From assembly GCA_002753615.1 (NCBI GenBank), contig PEAO01000004.1, forward strand, positions 1-62,206: a stretch of 62,206 nucleotides of DNA. The letters are read 5' to 3'. This document shows, piece by piece, positions 33,801-38,800 of the stretch. The notes under the pieces were generated by a model, which saw nothing but the letters and a program-made list of their open reading frames with translations, did no database searches and was not told where the DNA came from. The number at the start of each line of letters is the position of its first letter. Position 1 is the stretch's first letter. The stretch is from Magnetococcales bacterium DCbin2 (GTDB lineage Bacteria; Pseudomonadota; Magnetococcia; Magnetococcales; UBA8363). The position numbers and the translations under genes are program-made.

Positions 33801-35743
33801 GCAACCTTACCGATGGCGTTGGCTGCCCGTACCTGCAAATACCCCGCAGTGGCATCAATGTGAGAACCATTGGCATTGAGTACTGAGCCATCGGGAACCA
33901 CCATGCGGATCCAACCCGAACCGGCCCCATCCCAATTGTTGCCGCTGGAGACCAGAATATTGGCCTGTTGAATGATATCGGAACCGTCACCGTACACCCG
34001 CAGATCCATATGACCGTTGTTGGAGACGTTCAACCGTTTGGCAATCTCCATGTCATCGATGGTTTCAAGGATGATCGCGGAGGCCTTCATGTCACTTTCC
34101 ATCGTCACCCGTTGGGCGACGACGCGGAATTCGGTATTTTCCAAATTGCTGATACCATCATCGCTTGTGTAGGAGACTCTGCCGCCAAAGCTGGTGATGG
34201 CACCGTCGGTGTATAACCCCCCCTTGCCCATCAAGGTCAGGCGTTCAATCTGGCTGTTGGTGTAGTTTAATATCTCACGTCCATTGACGACTTGGTTGGT
34301 ATCCAGTTCCAACGATGTCCGACTGGTTTGTTCCAGGATGATTTCATCAAAACCGCCGGCGTTATCGACGATGGTGATGGTTCCCGTGGCCAGAGCCGAA
34401 TCGGGGCGGCCCGTCAATACGCGATAATCCTCATCACCCCCCGCATCGGTGATGGTGAGAGCGCGGTCGGGAAAATCACGAATCAGGATGGTATCGCTGC
34501 CGGTCCCTAGTTTCAGTTGGGTTACCATCTCGCGGCTGCCCGTGCGCAGTTCCGAACCGGAGGCATCGACCACGCTGAACCCACGCCTGCTGACAGTCGC
34601 GGTCACGGCTGAGGTCATGGCGGAAAAATCGAGGAAAACATTCCCCTCGGTATCTTTTAACTGGTCGTTGCCATAATTTTCGACAAAGAGGTAGGTATCA
34701 TTGCCCGTCCCACCGGTGAGTTTATCGTCACCCAAACCACCATCGATGGTATCCGCGCCGCCAAGACTGGAAATTTCATCATTTCCCGCACCCCCTTTGA
34801 GGAGATCCGCACCACCACCGCCGGTGAGTTGATCATCACCCACCCCACCATCCATGAGGGTCACCCCCGCCCCACCGATCACGATGGAGAGTTCATCATC
34901 CCCCGCATCACCGTAAAGTTCACCGCCCGCACTCCCCAAGATCAGGGTATCGTGTCCCGCACCACCATGGGCGATCACTCGCGTACCCGACAGGCGTGAG
35001 GCATCCAGGAAATCATCCCCCTCGCCCATGTCAATGACGACCTCATTGACACCGGACCAAGTTTGATACCAACCATCAAATTCGATACTGACCGTTCCAC
35101 CGCTGCCGTAGAGGGTGAAAATCTCACCACCATCGGTCATATCAAAATATTCCCGGTCGCCCGCCGTGGCACCGGCATGGATCGTCAAGGTAGAACCCGA
35201 CTGGCTCGCAAGGGTAGGTTCTACAAAAGGAGCGTTGTATTCAAATTCAAACAACGGCATTTCAAACAACCGTTCCTCAAAGATATTCTCCCATCCTACG
35301 AGGGGGATGTAGAGATCAACATAAGCATCCGCGTAGAGATTGGCCCCGGCATCGACGTTGAACAGGTTGGCTGGACCGCCATCCTGGTATTCCCACATAG
35401 TGATAATTTCAGAACCACGAATCTTTCCATCGGTCACCATGGTTTGGCTGGTTACGTAGCCATTGGCATCTTTTGTAAGAACCGAACGGGCGATATCTTG
35501 AAGATCGAAGTCGGCAAAGAATTCAATGCCCCCTTCCAAGCCGCCACGGATGATGGCCAAATCGAGTGCCGCCTCAATGGCAATGCGGAAATCGGTCGTA
35601 AATTCCGGTTTGTCTTTTGTGGTTCCCAAAGTGAAATCGGAGATCCAGAAACCGTCGAGGACATTGACGTAATCTCCTGTCTCCACCGCCTTTCTGATGC
35701 CATAGGTGTCATAGCCAAAGGCCAAGTCCACCTGGGCCTCCAA
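12866..35743 (-). CDS. C-terminal 7625 aa of the giant surface protein (RTX repeats, lectin-like insert, haemagglutinin-like beta-helix repeats)
   Basis: Open frame of 22.9 kb rich in G/D/T/A/V/L/I. The TTG start lies 72 nt (24 sense codons) after the upstream stop in the same frame, so this is probably not an independent gene. Confidence 0.85.
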   Translation of the reverse strand: MEAQVDLAFGYDTYGIRKAVETGDYVNVLDGFWISDFTLGTTKDKPEFTTDFRIAIEAALDLAIIRGGLEGGIEFFADFDLQDIARSVLTKDANGYVTSQTMVTDGKIRGSEIITMWEYQDGGPANLFNVDAGANLYADAYVDLYIPLVGWENIFEERLFEMPLFEFEYNAPFVEPTLASQSGSTLTIHAGATAGDREYFDMTDGGEIFTLYGSGGTVSIEFDGWYQTWSGVNEVVIDMGEGDDFLDASRLSGTRVIAHGGAGHDTLILGSAGGELYGDAGDDELSIVIGGAGVTLMDGGVGDDQLTGGGGADLLKGGAGNDEISSLGGADTIDGGLGDDKLTGGTGNDTYLFVENYGNDQLKDTEGNVFLDFSAMTSAVTATVSRRGFSVVDASGSELRTGSREMVTQLKLGTGSDTILIRDFPDRALTITDAGGDEDYRVLTGRPDSALATGTITIVDNAGGFDEIILEQTSRTSLELDTNQVVNGREILNYTNSQIERLTLMGKGGLYTDGAITSFGGRVSYTSDDGISNLENTEFRVVAQRVTMESDMKASAIILETIDDMEIAKRLNVSNNGHMDLRVYGDGSDIIQQANILVSSGNNWDGAGSGWIRMVVPDGSVLNANGSHIDATAGYLQVRAANAIGKVATPLLTRVAELTVMTSDAGRGDVAITEEDDLNLIVEKTLTHRVNPNLQILATPPENGWEWDMEWDDTATAPWRSIVQSGKKDHAIEIGGGDLYLRLTGLNARTTLVSGDIHALDTGSDLTFTMDDIDFMSGAHRVTASGNLVFQANQAVWEYRIGSAAENAAGDDANRAMYPLTGIDWPYYFAPQRTGAQELSTRDLAALTDGFNHVTIGRREDGNAMTIGDTLLTSPIKLLGTSHGWDSTFRDDVSFKADEIFIRGDLQATGNDVDFSADLLQVNIANLHMPDSGPDSGVSAQTIAFDIGEQMIVAGWIKAKDSIDIDVAGTTGDTTVVWADAWEEPYSFISSTGAIIETANAHSTITLTTDQAARVGSYIEAKGAYSSIDVDTGAAFHLMEGGALAAFGANTDIDVNAATFMHVNSGSAMMAGVDFTYEGATPIPVMTGANSSIHLTSGSEMLLGGSLSASLNINTQSNGSLHPHLDYFSTIPDKVVRDADGNVVETIPHYLKTHSDGYGLLLTGTLLTLGDNQNLVLTSQDDLIIRGNIKLYGDGSDLSIHSDRWTYLEGSFDVDGNIAVTADGANGLGDSVYVHATTRLVTKGAGTDISITGAEDILLYGDLVAGGSIGEHGVTFAGPDSTIHVTAGGQLYVDAAMVAAKSVDLHGGVASDGDDGLGFIMNTAGGAMAAGLTSDGSGARIRLGATDDMQIMGRVTSGGNVTQTFDVNGNLESETTTWNATNSTIEVDVGGQAWIGGITTARDGSLVETGGYLKTTQAITVTGGVPLGLGETAGVKISGASELVTDNADGNITVNATGDAYILGLLLSGGHVEDVRDPDGTYQGRKKVAHGGESTLIVNAERVIELGLELAAGKEITFHGGGVPEDVNAPGMILQGSAQLSTWSDNSSINLNAPGPVLLYAPAHTNEIRANDWIEYANGQLSQDVTLDIFLDKVDFEVRGQIIIHAADTADNTQNAHLLADIQAALDAGEFTVVRSDNADWTVGATYTTADPTNDPDFKAKLRDGQINLTSPYKFQLLATSVNADLLGYVDLNADLASSLPYMLKAPGEGSIINIGSPDGPNGKLDIRGKILAHSRINMYSGPSSDGTDIDLGWTGQLETIDGSIAFNAGKNAVLRGDIIAGGTGSDIIITAEDSLTLHGSLTADDQISLAAGTHVNPNAYAIRTEGTSIMSTTGTGGEILINGLNDVEINSAIGMGSADLRMINIRSTAGDVVVERESGRIESNVMIRLAGHGVDIQGSVINTQATVNPNDFEVLIDVAGPVSVSGDIQMAGSLKIASATSIDIFSGEIEAADPGQRIVLESGGTITLGREGTALDHAVLPDGQAYETGGTLRAAQAVAMTAADLITVRSGARVMTFGDDSTITMNAASMSLIGSVLGGTNTDADNAAVWQGDGVDVTLTVQDTLAIGGTGINGDGDEAEMGGSIQATGDIRITVEGGIHAPAMGMTAASSILSDASAGGIVTPPSNKPHHITITADRDVQLRGLVAARDEGANVTVTSEEMVFVDGTVFADNRLTLTGGVNADGAGLMVNTIIYVTNGSGLLLDAQNRTIDTNGNLIDADGAFVDEAGNPSAAPIFGGLPVYESGGVLDTGAGGTIALAAGDDIFLGGTVSRLDTLPGGGLGVQTAKVTVSAEGEVTVTGRVEATNTLRMIGQEGVNLMPGGIIKTRGDDSTITLMSDANVFIASGGANSNDGVVEAQESIHLVGANIRVDGEVTTFEDDGRILMNATNQAMVSGNVTSGDTITVHAGVSGSWDEARLLNAMTVADLTGGMVWVSGTGQLASPGDVDLIAGGDVIIAAAPQQQDGTLVLQSPILTTRALTIDVVTGYQELDAGFIVVPEVYWQSTVVTEEVGSVEVKVGREWHTMDVILSQDGYYNPVGNKTREYFVNKVDYFNSAAERNAQIAATPNPVGSGPIIDWAAFGLTAPINNTTFFDLPTDAHRQAVLDTLGYKPIYNFTYSNPVLHKTLNGVTTQTTWTPTWAGQGNSIYNVNVDGWKDKYIQMPTGAQADVLRVVSQGGLASPINTPKAADTNWWTPGTWYEIVGRYREHADVYYNQDKSAYTASNKTFTGSEPLPYSGEDSTPSRNLTTTDLDSSPIRWSVDYNGNGQREYEVYDGRTGGSSAKYDQAPFWSSSGTWETGYDDDSDNSNQFIVARDGFMDMMAAVNKLSNQATSSVAVGKEWSYHPRDYEFISTNKWFVNAVNWASNDRSAPAGAIVLSHLGGADTFLALPGSSAQNTAIKNAAGGNEIWINIFEHSGSSSWGPAYGTTGLDQWDLQWVNWDEAYSNWNSGEPSNSGGDEEFYVMYSNGTWNDYSYWTTQNKNGTDYSESAGSFAFVIQHEPYWLQDVTITETFHDYLYNWTSTWTNVVDKRQSLAYEWVSQDYDIWDNRPIYETYEADVKIVEEKVVTLWETVPIVEQQTVIETVRLEDDQPPRPFAAFENVSVLTQGSLNIASGSDVYISSLINVQGDSSDLTITADGAVTHEGMIPDGVDPDTIAAYSKINVGGNILVTAGSDITFARSSETNSDGDFTMESGRALRAEGVMTADADVLLSAATLLGIDGTISSGETTALLAGQGGGQSGSIVGGIYTDITVSSNTTNALVLTAGELAGHITLDNGVMQTDGSMNLVAAAGNITHSSGTLTAAKITAMAAEGIRLTVDADQLVAQVTGLSGDITLVGRSNMTIEQATTDAGDISVWVDGSVIATQMVTGDGQIAVTAFGDVTATRMEAEGLDDGNDILITTYDMDGTGGKSADLVYTTLATGLNGLGDITLDIGGAIRERNANPLRADVLDVTVESHVNLTPDVNKLLLESRSDGDIILTAPDADLFVLDDVFIQSGSLNVMDAYGDVVLKKVVLGTNRDSNDLTVTAAGNIEMGHVKAGDYFATNIAAAQDRTSQSDVIMTAGGSILEYGTDADVDLIADEVTLYAGGDIANLELAANILLDVESATGDILLSDTDGYGELVRGLAVTHVKSFAGAVTLEAQQGMVVSGAYALGATDLLTLTSAAGNIAIAEPGAGDALGFGAGYVLNAHGVLTLEKLYNASSLIEIHAGAQLVLPDAPVNLAASQIILDSGSILTIDADDTLTAADKIKLSSGSNVLVYGTLTSGSAAAIGEVSLTARADTPIINSVMDDVSGMRVTVDPNTNIQYLYNLGSNKYYLEGIDDYGPTYTELVDATIKARLTPVQLVDQGGDIYVEVASLNATKLKVAATRDVTIDVTNDFTLSGSIAGLTPGSAPQNLLLHSDGNLTINSGIYRAAQTTAISGTTINASASSVFISDALDATANTITLNTNANTIAATASGAISINEADNVDLVNVVSTGGAITVTAGLDLTATNVTTVNDTAAASITLNAGANIYVDRVEAGSSVGSYKTAASVTLDAATGTIVEPTGRKDDGIDVFGYRVTVESGTALPFDAFDIGSVLTVTPTVSYDTTFGDLNANVVGDYLLMLVTGHQGNINLTATGVITVVALPDFDSRNIVMNAHEILFADAVNVGTGSMTLNATSNLETSGRMTANTLNVTLGDGPLRMATDAGVMTITQNGVGDLTIDELNSATLSATVHDGAANVTAGGTLTITNLTLGTNSDTHDITIKTTSGAINATALNAGTLGDITLETANGAITVGTQATGDELHVTAGGSVTIQASVSTLDVTTIAAGNVTVVNDRTLDVHEVITAHGAVTLSAAGLMNVDKIQSLTNSDSNDITLTTTAGGSMTLGILNASTSGDINLTSAGSVVVDAIQGDQLTAIAAGAVTVAGNLASASITTSEVGNVTIDETSSIGLTNLDVLHGTVDVHAAADISSATITARSGLVTLQAGGNLTTTHIDSLAGEDITLDAGGDITINHVAGVGLTTTGTGEINLTSGTAKVLTVNGFLGTGDGDVVLNAEQVAINSDIATGVAGTIRLLPLTATTSIGLGTGAAGVFHLDQTELDHLQSGGLGDVIFGLSHGSHTVTIGQSGGTATFDYDVTLNTPALGGHITQNADTIISAGHTYTVLGSGSTYDLKGDLTVGGDLTIHDKIALSGDRSITATSGSILLENVDNDLITGDNDAATGADSLTMDAASDILLQGRIGAVKPSTPVVTNLSFMNAHSVILENRATLAGDLQMLNLGTVRFDQDMTVSGLVWGSAIAGSVNFEGSLRAGSVDLSTADSLTFSKVLDVGAGNITVQGDEIDFAGGYQSVLGRGALTLLAAVDDQTIRIGSPSTVNASDLDISDADLYALVDGFAQITVGRDTLGTGLVDVGSTRVSDDLTIFGGAVELGATLNITGDVAIHAQTGAILDTLDEGILPESANIITSGKLTLSAMTGLGTQITDGDLEIQAVSLDGINHGATGGISITEMAAGGGLDILRLNQTDADNDAGILVITERGSLTLVAAGSGISLAGAGDVDLLAQGNASSILQMAKILSHGGAISLDAERDITLHQIESQGATVTLLARNGVIRDGMSGEAANVITSDLSMSAVSGIGSTDDIDLEVDRVFAENSGATGTIRLNEIAAGGDIEVVDLTLSHDHAAGSIFVTADGGDLTVGSIFGLAGVTLTSTTGAIRDGLAGETANISAHDLTLLAATGVGLDSDDLNLNVATIQGTNTTSGGMFLHEVDGLTILGTGLSTAETAGGIFLVNDAENITVSSQVNSRGQGNVLIDSANRLMVSTHISSGQGAISLYATEEITLAQNVWVHAGDTLDLAADSITMGQGAVFATDGDHLRMTVAGDLILNRIDTRTVLDRGYSTLSSQDQWGDVSMSVGGAIWDMADSAAPVMNLFAHDLRMQVAGGIGMGDNHLETEIVGLAVAAQGTFITEATDLAITTVDVVPGQRVAADDTVTLPEDADTLSGLVIGMSGDLVVQTLDGFLTIDGDGIQMMGGGSILQRAGGLGGDLTMLADVIADGGAITLFGSHDLTQGDGVRIETRAASIDVEAEYGTLTLGAGSLTTTGSLSHGDIRYRTTGDLVLNGRMDAGIGDVGLVVGGRIEDGTVGDDPLIVASGLSIAASLGVGADVDGVLDLLDVRISHGALVTDVGSVGLYDTDGFVVDRVNVDIARVEQDATLTRSREFLEDVTTGVGNIILTADTDGSFRFTDGLDGDGVAVDAGLEGNILISGGTLELQARVQSGDGHITLDGAMIDMGVMAGVRTGGEGTVILSARGTTISMDEAAFVETDGGAIRFESAGPILLGTVDARDATSRADDSLTTQGDWGSISLNSESGFIRAAGPQSEIFANELRLQARGDLGDAINPFAIEAATLAADGHALFIDDASSLTIDGVASVTTFRVLDDATVEDYGDFATQSDLVTHGDGAMIVTAHGLLDVHVGSDDDESGIHSEQGNIRLEATGAEGDIHLDGNLQTPGGALSILAQRDITIEEGSILANFGQGIDLVALHGRMITGEDVVIRTDGTGDIRIQSAGDLFFNGTMNAGYRAIALDVTQGSITLESPGDHPAIRAAGLALQAANTITLNGDVAPVAISTLAVRAGQDATLHVSSPAVTVGEVAVANNRVNRDGSIQRINTNPDGIFAGGTLTYLGSGDLTAHSGGIHAGGAMTIQTPGNLVLETNVTAGAATIVDVGGHMTSGLASITVGGPLQMEAQGNIVLRDDVTATQQMTIQSQGRFEMIQGDLKSGKTLQMTTAGATQIQGDVSSGWETTITAGGQVTLMGDAVSGLDFTVDSQAGITLAPGTVHAGIDVRLTARDAIRIQGGITAGRDAIVETAREIAWSGDVTGGRDVHMNATTGIGLTRATVDAGVHVTLLTEAGAVHIDGEVKAGQDATITAKDEILWDGTLKSGRETVIDSGKNIQLTHGMVDAGASLVIHAAGAVALEGDMTSDQNIAMTAGGDITLVGAVASGLDVTMDSRKGITFTQGTADAHPNVKLTAEGAIQVTGGVTAGQDATVTSVGDILWDGQVKGGREIAMDSKAGLRLTHGRVDAGASVWIHAVESLSVDGMVTAGRDTTIGAGGEVVLTGDVRSGQNVMVDSMAGMTLAPAKMDAGMDLRLTAGGPLKVTGDVHAGRDSRITAGGEVVLAGTVRSGQNVMVDSMAGITLSSAQMDAGVDLRLTAAGPLTVTGDVHAGRDSRITAGKDVVWQGNLTGGREVWVDSKGSIQFIPGTIGAGTSARLTAVNAVSVQGNIQAGHDTVVIAGGAIALVGGIHSGLDVVMDSKAHIRVSQGNFTAGKDLHLAALGSVSLAGLLTTSYETAILSGGEMFLDGTVTSGWGVEMNSRGGITFAPGSVKAGTDVRLTAAGTMQLTGNLDSGQSTVMEAGGGINLAGDWKSGTFTNLKTLGRFALASGTLATGQSLTVTSTGDIDLAGDVTSGSDIIMTGHGGWMLVGGTLNGDTMVDLIIDNAVVVDGHLKSGTDTRITTHNDLTMTNHAAFVGQRSVQMTVDGNVDLLGQVTVGDNLTINALGRLLIDGGNLEIGQQGLFDMQGEIQSKGNIHAGQDLSMTTRKGFRLESGQEIRTEANMTLMVQGGSFLDGTIIVGNQMTWTSGHSILLAGELRAGSLADLVAGGSILDNGHGSMDITAPTLRLKAGQAVGSSAILDLYDFSVAGFRGSQALFDLALSYGVDALEVAANNLYVEAGSGGIAVDNAGSLMVSGLSTTGNGHILVTARNGGMVVQNAIATQSGDILLEARNGGGTKLIFNARVTSNTGDIILSSPLLENLDRIATQGRRLPPINSPIIRESVTLGGSTLTGANLANNAGDNALLSNLYNGPSRQGASSASGSASGLFNAGSGITVNRGLGANTPTTPTQPLQQSAQQQLVSVINGFNRTQPNSGDRPGQQNTPTGPTQTTQTTTVSGTDTPRSPTAQNNNAPTGQTTEVPGNTPAGQRQRNVDTQQITRAVESLLDNMQTARERSGTAVPGQPNGPANDRPAAITTLPGLNLGSQAAQKVVDALAKISAPQRSLIASVVTQLITQHVTGNPTLDMETLYSDYQAKAVQAQAEPMSVQEFSQVVTEVQQAVAGDAQGEQ
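14300..17200 (-). repeat. Tandem ~20-aa beta-helix turns grouped in 61-aa (183-bp) units
   Basis: Recurring units such as AGRDSRITAGGEVVLAGTVRSGQNVMVDSMAGITL...DAGVDLRLTA. GAATCACGACCGGCATGTACGTC occurs at 15561 and 15744, 183 bp apart. Confidence 0.85.
26740..27195 (-). other. C-type-lectin-like domain inside the giant protein
   Basis: YEFI..KWFVNAVNWA, LALPGSSAQN..I, EIWINI, YSNWNSGEPSNSGGDEE..YSNGTWND. These match the W-x-x-G-E-P-x-N and WND hallmarks. Confidence 0.7.
34690..35035 (-). repeat. RTX / hemolysin-type Ca2+-binding nonapeptide repeats (~9)
   Basis: MGEGDDFL, GGAGHDTL, GDAGDDEL, GGVGDDQL, GGGGADLL, GGAGNDEI, SLGGADTI, GGLGDDKL and GGTGNDTY. Confidence 0.9.
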
Positions 35744-35815
35744 TTCCGCCTTGCCAAAAATACCAAATTCCGCCGGTCCGGCACTGAAACCGACCAGGGG
35801 AACTTTGAACCCTTT

Positions 35816-38800
35816 TTAAAAGGTCAGCAGAGGCATTTCATAGGTGAACAGGGTGGCATCACCACCGGTCATGATGTTCATCCAGTTGCCAATGTCGGTG
35901 ATGTATTCCATAAACTTAAAGCCACCACGCGCCGTTTTACCCGACCCACCATTGGAACTGCTCTGTCCGCCGGAAGACCCCGTTTGGACGGCATTTAATT
36001 TATCCAAAAGGGCACCGCTGGCCTCCACCGCCTGATCCTGCCAGGGACTCTCTACCCGGATATTTTTTGTCCCCAGATTGTAGATATCGCCGAGTAAGAT
36101 CTCCCCGTCATCACCCCAAGAGCGAATTTCATCGGGTAGGTCGAGCATAAATTCGGCGGCGTAGACAAAACTCCAGTCAATCGGTGCCTTGCCCTGAATC
36201 TGCAAGCCCAAATTGATCAGATTCATGACATTGGCGGGGCTGACGATGATATCGAGTCCGGGAATTTCGGCGGTCAACGCATCGATAACGGGGCGCATGG
36301 GTTCCAGGGTGGAGCTAATCCGATCGGCGATGGGGAGGAGGAAATCATCGACCATCGAGCCTACATCCAATCGCAACCTTTCCAGATTGATGGTGGGTTT
36401 ATCCGCTCCATGGAGCAAATCCCAATCCCAATCCATGACCAAATTCCCCTTGAGGGTAGGCAAACCACCCACGTCGGGAACTTCCAAGGTGACATCCATA
36501 TCCAGGTGGGTGTCCAGGCCAAAGCTGATATCAAAGGCCCCTTCATCACGCGCACCGATGTCATTGAGGGTCAGGCGTCCCCGTTCATTGCCGTTAAAAT
36601 CAACGGAAAGTCCGCCAAACATGCCGTGGGGTTGAAAACCCGATTTGTTCGGATCGGCATCGGTATCGGTCAGGGTGGCACGGAAAAAGAGCAAATCTCC
36701 CGTGGCATTGAAGGGGGTTGTGACATTGGGATTGGTGGGAGCGGAATCCAGGAAGAACGATACGCCCGCTTGGAGTTCATCTTTGGTCAGATCATCTACC
36801 AAGTAAAAGCCGTCGGTAACCGAAAGCCCCAAACCAAAGTCAAAGCTCCAGCCCACCTCCATGCCGAAGCCGCCATCGACGTTAAGTTCAAAACCGGGGA
36901 TGCTGAAATCCAACGGCAGATCCATGCCGGTGCTGTAGAGGGAGCCGCCTAGTTTGACCTGCAACTGCACCGCGTCGGCATCCATCCGGCCTGCCCCGCC
37001 GGGAGTCCAGGCTTCCAAAAGGTGACCCGATTTGTCGTACCAACCGCCGGTAATATCATCAACGGTTACCCGGCCATCATGATTGGCATCCAGCATCAGT
37101 TTCAGACCACTGGGACCAAAAACTTTAAAGAGCGCGTCCCTGGTGATGTTGATCCCACCGCCGCTGTCACTCAACTTGGCCCGCAGTTCTGCCAAAAGAC
37201 CAGTACGCATGTCCTGGATGAAGGTAGCCACCTCCCCCAGGGAATCACCCACCAACGGGATATCCTGGGTAACGGCATTGCCAAAAATATCTTGGACTGC
37301 ACCCAGGCCAAAATCGATGCCGTCAATGATCCGTTCTGGGGAATTGATTAATCCCAGAATGGAATAATCGCCCATCAAGTTTTCAAAGGTTCCGGCAATA
37401 TCGGGATATTGAATGACAATAGCCGGCAAGGCACCCAGTTCGGCTTCACCCGCCAAACCATCCATGAGGGCGAGCAATCCGCGATCACCCCAGGCGGGGT
37501 TGGAGACAATTTTTAATGGCTCCGGCAATGCCAGATGCAGACCGGCAATATCCAAAGCTACCGGAAGATTGACCGCAAACTTGGCGGTGGAGAGGAGTTC
37601 CATATTGTCGGAAAAACGTTCCGTGGCAAAATGGAAACGACCATCATCATTGGGGGTTCCCGCTTTTTGATTTAACGCCAGCGTGACGGTAGCATAATCT
37701 TCGGTGGCGATAATCCCGTCGGCATCCAAAATCAAAGAGCCGCCGTCTACCCCCAGTTTCATCAGACCAATATCAAAGCCCAGTTCCAGATTAGACCCTT
37801 CCACACGGACACCGATTTCGGCATGAGTCCCCCGGTGGGTCACGGTATCATAGTCGTAGAGGAAAAATTCAGGATCGGCGAGTCCCGCAAACCGGATACC
37901 GCTGTCTACCACCAGTTCGGCATAGGCATCCAGGGAGATGCCAGCACCACCCCGCACCATATCGGTGAGAAAGCCCAATCCATCCAATGCCCCCGGCGCA
38001 ATACCCGCCGCATCCATGAGGACTTCCAGGTCGAGACCAAAGTTATACATATCCGAGAATACCTTGGAATAATCCATATGGATCTTCAAAGCATCTCCAT
38101 CCAACACCAGGGCAAACTTTTGCTCGAACCAGTCTAGGGCATTATTGTCTTGAATCCCCAAAGCTTCTTCAAACACCGTCTCGACGTTTTGAATGGCACT
38201 TTCTGGATTAGACGCAGCCTCTTCGATGCGGGCCAGGAGTTCATCGGTCACCGACAGGGTGTCGGCCAGGGAGACGTTGACCACCGGCAGGGAAAATTCG
38301 TAAAACGCCTGATCCTGCAACGCATCCTGGAGGAAGCTGATCCCCTCACGGGCAGCACCGACGATATCGAGGAAGCTTAAATTGCTGAAATCGAATGCCG
38401 CCCCCAGATCGGGAAGGATCACCACCAAGTCATTGGCCGCCACCGTTCCCGCCGCGATCAAAGCATCCATGTCAACCGCTTGGTTTGGGTTGACGGTAAC
38501 GACCGTCGTATCCCCCATATCCAGAAGGTTCAACGCCCGCAGAGAGATTTCCACCGTGTCAGAAATAGGGAAGCCACCCGCCACCCCCCCCTCGGCCATG
38601 GATAGCCCCTTGATGATGGCGTAGGCATCGGCGTCGATGGAAAAATCAAAGGCGTCACCCAACGCCCCGCCAAGGATGTCGTCCATGGCAAAACGTTGAT
38701 CGTTTTCCAGCCCCATCCCCCGATCCAAAGCCAACGTCGCGGTTGCCCCGGCATGGATCGCCGAACCGCTCCCCACACCCCCTGCCGTCAATCCGACAAA

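Noticed and set aside
35810-35825. Programmed -1 frameshift at the T/A run
   Set aside because: The downstream ORF is in the same frame, so a single frameshift would not join the two parts.
37050-37092. DANHDGRVTVDD (and DANGDGLDD at ~42340-42365) as dockerin/EF-hand domains
   Set aside because: These are isolated single Dx[DN]xDG loops without the paired repeat. They may bind Ca2+ but do not support a domain call.
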